DNA from: Pelomyxa schiedti
Lineage: Eukaryota > Protista > Evosea
Direction of reading: 5' to 3'
Assembly (NCBI GenBank): GCA_020536535.1
Contig: JAHLWZ010000725.1
Span: forward strand, 6,904-70,903
Length of the DNA stretch: 64,000 nucleotides
The translations under genes were made by a program, and so were the position numbers. Below, piece after piece: positions 54,628 through 64,000 of the stretch. Below the pieces are notes generated by a model, which made no database searches, had not been told where the DNA came from, and saw nothing but the letters and a program-made list of their open reading frames with translations. The first letter of the stretch is position 1. The number at the start of each line of letters is the position of its first letter.

Positions 54628-54801
54628 TTTCTGTAGCAAGGCTTCTGTTGTTGTTCTGTGTTTCAGGCAGAACAAAAAACCCACATAAAATGAAACAAAG
54701 AAGTAGCGAAACCCACCCAAAAGTCGCTCGCTGTGCTCGCCACTTTTGGGTGGTTACCTCTTTTTTTACTTTTCTTTTCTTTTTAGGTGTTTTTTGTGTT
54801 T

Positions 54802-57454
<2,653 letters not shown>

Positions 57455-57667
57455 GGTTGTTTGGTTTGTTGATTTTTTTTTTGTCAAATTTGCTCTCCAA
57501 ACCGTTTCGTTTATAAAACGGCACGGGAAGGTCAAAAGAGAGAGGAGCGGAAAAACCAGAGTGAAGTGCAGCGAATTTCACCTGGTCTCTTTAGAGAAGA
57601 GCGCGGAATCCTGGGGGCTGAGGGGCCCCAACTTGGTTTCCCCTCATCACATTTTCGTTTTTGAAAT

Positions 57668-60600
57668 ATGAGCGTTAAGACGGGTGCCACGCAGGTCGGA
57701 CCTCCGGGTAACGCCGTCAATATCAAGATCTCCCCACCCATAAATGACGTGCTTTCCGCCAAGAACGCAGAGATTGCCTCTCTAACCCAAGGTTTTTTTT
57801 TTGTGCCCCACACATTGCGTTCCGGGGTGGTTTGGTTTTTTTTTTTCCCCCCTCTAAAGTTGGGCAGCGCTGGAAGACATGCTACAACTTTTGCCACGTT
57901 CGCTCGTCAGCACGCCAGCGGATGCGTTGGTCCTCGCCCCTGCTTTGCGAGATGCCCCTCCTCTGGACGATTTGAGGCACATCCACTCCCACAATTCGTA
58001 TCCCGCGGGAGCGGCTGCGGCGGCGCCTGCGGTGGGGACTGCCGCCGCGGCCGCCGCCCCGATGCACGGCCCCGACTCCCCTGAGCTCCGCGGCGCGGCG
58101 CCGTCGTCGCCGCCGGCGCTTTCTGGAAGCACGGGGATGGTGCTGTGCATCACCGGGGCTCGCAGGGCTAATAGGCACAGGCAGCCGCCGGTCCTGCAGA
58201 TATCGATACCGAGCAGCGCGACCAGCACTCCAAGCTCCGCGTCTTGCTCCAATTCCAGTGATTGTTCGGAGAAAAGAGTCGAGTCTTGGTTGACGGTCCC
58301 TATTCAGCCGGCGCAGTCCTCGCAAGAGCTCTCGAAAGGTAATCCATCCATCAACACGTACGTAAATACTAAGGTACTGGAAGATGGGACTGCCAATGCC
58401 AAGTCTGATGATATACATGACGCTGACACTTTCTCTGTGACTCTGGATAATAAAGGTATGTCTTTCCTGTAGATCCAGATTTATTGCTCACTTTATGAGA
58501 TATGGAAATTTACGGTGAATCGCCATTGCTGGATGAATTACGCGTTGTGTGCTGCGCAAAGTGTTCCCGCCTTGTGCTCGCAAGTAAATTCCCGCAACAT
58601 CTATGTGAGTACTTTTTTCCCCCCTTCCCTGTGCTAATGAGTACAGCATATTGTTTGTGTCCAACACCACCAAAACCCTCAAAAACTGACAAGTCCCCGC
58701 CAAACTGTAGCCCTCAACATAAATCCAATTTGACAACAACACCTTCTCCGCCACAAACATCTTCAACTTCTGTTAACTCAACATCACCACCAACTCTAAT
58801 TCCACCAAATTCCAGCCTAAATGCCGCAAACACTAAACCCAGTGCTAGTGGCACATTGACACAACAACCGCAAATCCCTCAGAATGGGCCATCGTTACTA
58901 CAGCAAGTTCTCAGTCATATACAGCCTCCTTTTGCTCAGCAACAGCAACTCCAAAATCAGCAACCATCCCCTGTGCACCACCATCACCATCATGATAAAA
59001 AGCATCCTGGAAAAGGTCTAGTGCAGCTTTCTTTTTTTTAGTTATTAATGCAGTCACAGTAGGGAAGATTAAATCCAAAACTGGAAAGCAGCAAGATCCA
59101 AATCACACAAGGTGAGAATCATTTGTACTAATACTGAGAATTCAACCACTTGTAGAAAACGGAAGTCTCCAAATCATGCCACTGACAATACACTTGGCAA
59201 TCACGTAAACGACGATGAAGTAATGGAGTCTCTCCAAACAAGTGCCTCAGTGGATAACATCACTTCCTCAGGGATATTTCTTAACACAACAGCAACAATA
59301 AACTCTGCACCAAACAACAATGTAAATTTGCATTATGACAATACTGTAAATAATACTGGCAATCTGGGCGGCAATACGCCAACAGAGATTGATCTTCTAC
59401 GAGCCGCTGTTCTAGCTTCTAAGCCGTCCCCGATTCCAACATGTATGAGATAACGGTGGAGATTTTTCTAATTTTCTTTTTAGTCAGTTTCCCTCGAGCA
59501 ACAAAAATTCGGAGACTTCAGGAACTGGCCTCCCAGCTCGGGTTCGTTCTTTCATCTATATTTATAATGTCTTTGAGGGAAAATAACTTTAGTTCTCACA
59601 GAAAACCTCCTATTGCCACGGATGTTACTCAAAAATCGACTCCAAACGGTCAACTTTCTAATGCAAACAAACTTCGTGTGGGAGTTGGATCACCAATAAA
59701 TACCAATGTTACTCCTCAAACCTCAACAGCATCACCAAATATTCCCTCTGCAGGCTCCAACAACAGTCATTACACAATGATGCCTACTTGTGGAGCACCT
59801 CTATTACAACAACTGCAGTCACAACTTCAAAATCCACAACAACTTCTTATGCAACAGCAGCAACAGCAACAACAGCAACAACAAATGCAGCAAACTCCCC
59901 CGCAACAATTTCACCAAATTCATTCCCTTCCACAACAACCAATACAAATACCACAGCAACAATTGCAGCTCCAGCAGCACCTTATGCACCAGTCTCAAAT
60001 GCAAGTTCCTAGCAACCAAGTATCATCACAAATGCAACTGCCACCACAAATTATTCAACAGCAGTTACTCCAACAACAGATGGCACAACCCCAAATGATG
60101 CAGCAGCAAATGTCTCAACAAGGGCCGCCACAATCGCAGTGTCCTTCTTTGTACCTGCCTCCCCAGCAAACTGCTGTGCAGCAACCAATGACAGCACCAC
60201 AGTCACAGTACAATCATTCTATGGGAAATGGGTACAATAACATCTCCCAAGTAAACCCTCAGCAACAAATTCCACAACAGCAAAATAGGATGATGCTCGC
60301 ACCACAGTACCACTCTTATATGCAACACCCCAATATGGGCAATCAAAATGGAAACGGCGGATTTTCAAACCCAGCTCCACCATCTCCCCAACAACAACAA
60401 ATGATGCACCAAGGTGGAATGATGGTCAGTAGCCTGGGACCTAACATGGGAGGTGTTGGGAATGGCCAAATCGGGGCTAATGGTATGGTAAATGGAATGC
60501 CTGGAGTAGTTCACGGCATGGAAGGGTACATGTCATCCGCACCACAGCAGCAGCAGTACATTTATGCCAACCAAAACCCGCAAATGAACGGCAGGCTCCC

Positions 60601-61096
60601 CACAACGACGCCGCCGCCGCCGCACCTAGTACAAACACAGGCTATGACCACGCAGCAGCTTCAGATGCAAATGCAGAACCTCACCAACTCGCCGTACCTG
60701 CACACACCTCCGCCAACACCATCTACACCCATGACACCGCCGCCGCCGTCCCCGATGATGCAGCAACAGCAGCAGCAGATGATGCAGTACCCTAGGATGG
60801 CACAGCAACCTCCGCAGGTGCAGGCGCAGCAGCCGATGATGCACACGGCCTCGGGGCTGTCACAGCCGGCGCACATCCTGGCGCTGAAGAGGCAGATGTC
60901 CGCCCCTATGATGCCCGGCCAGCAGCCGATGCAGCAGCAGGCGCAGCAGCCCGGGGTTATGCAACAGCAACAGCAGCAGTTCATGCACCAGCAACAGTAT
61001 ATGCAACCACAGACTACTATGCTACCATCGATGATACCCCCGCCTCCACCCCAGCCGGGAATGGTTGGGCCACAGGCGATTAACCTCAGAAGGTAA
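57668..61096 (+). CDS. Ataxin-7/Sgf73-like SAGA DUB-module subunit with polyQ-rich C-terminus
   Basis: N-terminal zinc-finger motif DMEIYGESPLLDELRVVCCAKCSRLVLASKFPQHL, a KPSPIPTFSF block resembling the ATXN7 HPxPxxFCTF motif, and a Q/M/P-rich tail. Confidence 0.65.
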
Positions 61097-62893
61097 ACTT
61101 GTGGGACGCAATTCAGATTGTAGAAAAACAAAACGAAACTATTGTAAACAAATCCAACTTTTCGTTGAAGGTTTTTTTTTCGAGCACAAGTCCACAGTGC
61201 TCAAACCATGAAACTTCCAATCCTCCGACAAAGCCACTTGACATCTTTCTTGTCCGCGGTTGGGAACCCCATTGAGTGAGGCTGCCTTACACCCCAAAAA
61301 CAGAGGAGTTGGCAGACTCAGGGCTTGCCAGATCCAAGTGACAGCCACAGCAATTTCACATTTGGTTGTGAATGCCCCCATTGGAGTCTCTAAGTTTGTG
61401 AATAACAAAGAAGGAGGAGATAATAAATAACTTTGAATTGTTTGGTTGAGTATTATGAGTTCACCTGTTAATGAAAGTCAGGAGGATGAGAACCTCTTGA
61501 GGGGGATTCTGCAAGTTTTTCTCCAAAGGGGATAGAGTTGATATGCAAGTGAGCAGGTGGGAGTATGGCCTGGTGTTGCATCAGTGGTACCCATTATGTG
61601 TGGCCAATATTAAGAAGGGAGGGAATGCTCCTTGGGCTGTCATCTCTGCCAGCAAAGTCAACCACTTAATTACGCTATGTGAGACTGGAAAAAAGAAAAA
61701 AGAAAAAAGAAGTGACATACCAGTGCCACAAATTCGGAAATGGAGGCTGGAACCCAGTACAACAGGTTGAATCCGGAAAAAAAGAAGGACCTCTAGAGAT
61801 AGAGACAATAACGGAAACGCACTGCTATGTTCTCTCTGGTTCTTATTCTGTGGTCTGTGTTGGTGTTAGAAGAAAAAGCGAAGGCAAAAACGTTCTAGAA
61901 CGAAAACAAAATAACGCAAAGTCAATAAAGGAAAATTAAACAAAATAAAGGAGTTAAAATTTAAATAAAAAACACTCTTTGATACAAATCGTGTAACAAC
62001 TGAAACCTAGAGGGATTGAGACAAAACACAATAATAAAAAAAAATACCAGAAGAATAAAAAAAAATTCCCCACCACTCTTGCCAATCTGTGCACAACACC
62101 CTCACCAAGCGTCGTAGCACTTTGTTCTTGTAGTAGGCCGCTGTTTTGGGGAGGCATGGCTGACCACGTCACCAGACCCCCACGACATGTCACACAAACT
62201 ATGTTGAGACACCCCCGTGCGTGTCTAAGCACCCCCGTACATGTTCAGAAACCCCTGTCAGCGAACCGATGTTCGAGTGTTCCGTTGGTGGTGCACCGTT
62301 TCAAAAGCACAAAAAAATTTGCCTGCCTTCCGTTGCGGGTGCAAATCGGTGTAGTTTCGAGACAGAACGCAAACTCCCAACTGATGCACGGCGGCGCGGC
62401 TCCCCGTGGGCTGCGGGCACGCACCGAGACGTCAACGGCTTCGAATCAACACCATTGGAAAGACGTTACAAGAAACTTTTTGTTGCCGGGCCAGATCAGG
62501 CCTACTCAGGAGCTGGGTTCTCGGGGAGGGGAGCAGACGACTCCAGTACTCCTAGGCTTGGCCAAGCCTCGGAGTACTGTGTACAAACAGCCATCACCGA
62601 CCAAGTTCCCCTGTAGAGTAACTTGCGAAGTGGTGTTACTTTTGAAAGCACAAAATTGGGCGGTCTTTTTAAACGAAGTTTGCTTATTATTCTCTTATTA
62701 TTATTGGACGTTTCAGTCAAAAAACGGCATAATGAATGAAAAATAAAAACAACCAACAAAAAACAAGTTTCTCCACTGGGCGCACCCAGTGCATTTCGTT
62801 TGATTTTGATGATAGTTCTCGTTTTTTGTTTGTGTGGTGGGTTTTTGACTGAAACGTCCAATAAATAAAACATTCAAAACTTCGTTCAGCTGA

Positions 62894-63021
62894 ATGGCTA
62901 GTGCAACAGTCACAGTGGCGCCGAAAAGCGAGTTGGGGGAGTGGTGTGAGAACCTTCGTTTGGCCCCTCCTGAGCTATCCTCCCAAGTGCTCAGTGCTCT
63001 TGAAGCCAATGCAGTGGACAG
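62894..63021 (+). CDS. 5-prime fragment of a gene truncated by a gap, possibly a SAM-domain start
   Basis: ELGEWCENLRL..VLSALEANAVD resembles the SAM pattern W..L.L.....F..N.ID. Confidence 0.35.
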
Positions 63022-63121
63022 NNNNNNNNNNNNNNNNNNNNNNNNNNNNNNNNNNNNNNNNNNNNNNNNNNNNNNNNNNNNNNNNNNNNNNNNNNNNNNN
63101 NNNNNNNNNNNNNNNNNNNNN
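63022..63121. other. Scaffold gap (100 N)
   Basis: N run. The ORFs that span it are chimeric. Confidence 0.95.
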
Positions 63122-64000
63122 ATGTTTGTCACTGGTTCCAAGGATTCTACAATGAAGCTTTGGGATGCCAGACTCATGAAGATGAAGTTCGACCTTCCTG
63201 GGCATTCCGACGAGGTGAGACATAGTCACACCCGCAATTGCTGACAACCATTACGTTAGGTTTTCACTGTTGATTGGGCACCAAATGGTGACTGTGTAGC
63301 TTCAGGTTCATTTGATCACTCACTCAAAATGTTTGTTACTTGTCCTCCTCTCAATGACCTTGACCACAACTCAGATGGAGAAGATAAACTCGACTCCAAC
63401 TCCAATCCCACAATTGGAGGATGGTGGGACCCAAGTGGAAACAGATAACACCCAACACCACAACACTCGAAAAAATGTCGGAGAATGAACATTTTTCGAT
63501 CTCTTTTTTTTTTAAAAACCAAAACAACCCCTCAACGACGCAGTAACGAGGAATTTTTGACGGTTTACGGCCGAAATGACCACGAGACGTAGTGGAGCAG
63601 CGATAATGGGATGCCTTTTGGCGGTGGCGCTTTTTGTCGAACGAGGATGTTCCTTTGCTGTTGACATTGATTCACCTTTGACAGTTTCCTTGACGTGGGA
63701 CAATGAAGATGCCGGTTGGGTGGACTTTTTTTCTTTTTTTTTTTTTTTTAATCGTAGTACTCTGTTCTCTATGTGAAAACAACACCAAATTTATGCACTA
63801 CGAAACGACTTCATAAAACCAAAACAATGACAAATAAATTCATTTAGACTTGGACCTTCATGTTGTGGCTGGGAACAGTAACGAGGACTGGCCTTGCCAT
63901 ATCTACTTCTGGGATATGGAATCCGATATCATTTCCTCACCAGGTGATGAGAGTGGGATGAGTTCCAGTGAGGGCGCCACTGTTACTCTCTCTGGGGACT
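63122..64000 (+). repeat. Second version of 27301-28170 (NLE1 3-prime end plus YfaP-like gene start), probably an allelic haplotype
   Basis: Starts with the same 121-nt sequence and diverges at the next base (T vs G). Scattered SNPs and indels follow. Confidence 0.85.

Larger units (their letters stand above)
53441..54724. repeat. Direct repeat: 53441-53711 recurs at 54383-54724, period 942 nt
   Basis: Exact matches of 121 nt on each side of the gap (54383-54503 and 54604-54724). Confidence 0.9.

Noticed and set aside
62176-62260. CRISPR-like array
   Set aside because: The units are degenerate and only 20 nt in period, with no real spacers and no cas genes in a eukaryotic context.
62305-62460. 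U1 snRNA-like motifs on the minus strand (GATTCGAAG, TTTGCACCC, AATTTTTTTG)
   Set aside because: There is no ACTTAC 5-prime end, and the spacing and stems do not fit U1.
62496-62516. SRP helix 8-like CAGG-CCT-ACTC-AGG-AGCTG
   Set aside because: The tetraloop is not GNRA, AGCAG is imperfect, and no helix 6 or Alu domain was found.
62894-63244. ORF fusing a new N-terminus to NLE1 WD40 sequence
   Set aside because: It reads through Ns across a scaffold join.

Overview
Gene-dense eukaryotic nuclear DNA from a protist. Short GT-AG introns, ROCO kinases and a SYP7-type SNARE point to Amoebozoa, possibly an archamoeba (inference only). I could reconstruct about 20 spliced genes. In order: ROCO kinase, DUF4062-NACHT-TPR protein, long-chain acyl-CoA synthetase, Qc-SNARE, divergent Rab, Nup214-like nucleoporin, ARF1, divergent actin, METTL16, Notchless/NLE1, YfaP/DUF2135-like surface protein, UTP25, REV7-like HORMA protein, atypical kinase, V-ATPase d, GT32 glycosyltransferase, CstF-77, a second ROCO with WD40, phosphoglucomutase and an ATXN7/Sgf73-like protein. 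There is also a tRNA cluster and three 100-N scaffold gaps; exact 121-nt repeats next to these gaps suggest de Bruijn k-mer joins. The most interesting parts are (i) a Trp-Cys-Val-Trp tRNA unit that may be a collapsed tandem array, carrying an atypical tRNA-Val(GAC) with an A54 T-loop, structured spacers and a hairpin micro-inversion at its boundary; (ii) 40-50 nt introns with almost no donor consensus beyond GT and often purine-rich acceptors; (iii) a gene-free structured region at 62.1-62.7 kb; (iv) an NLR-like protein with a degenerate P-loop; and (v) two versions of a bacterial-like surface protein that differ mainly by amino-acid changes in exon 1. All gene models and RNA folds were built by eye and no database searches were run.
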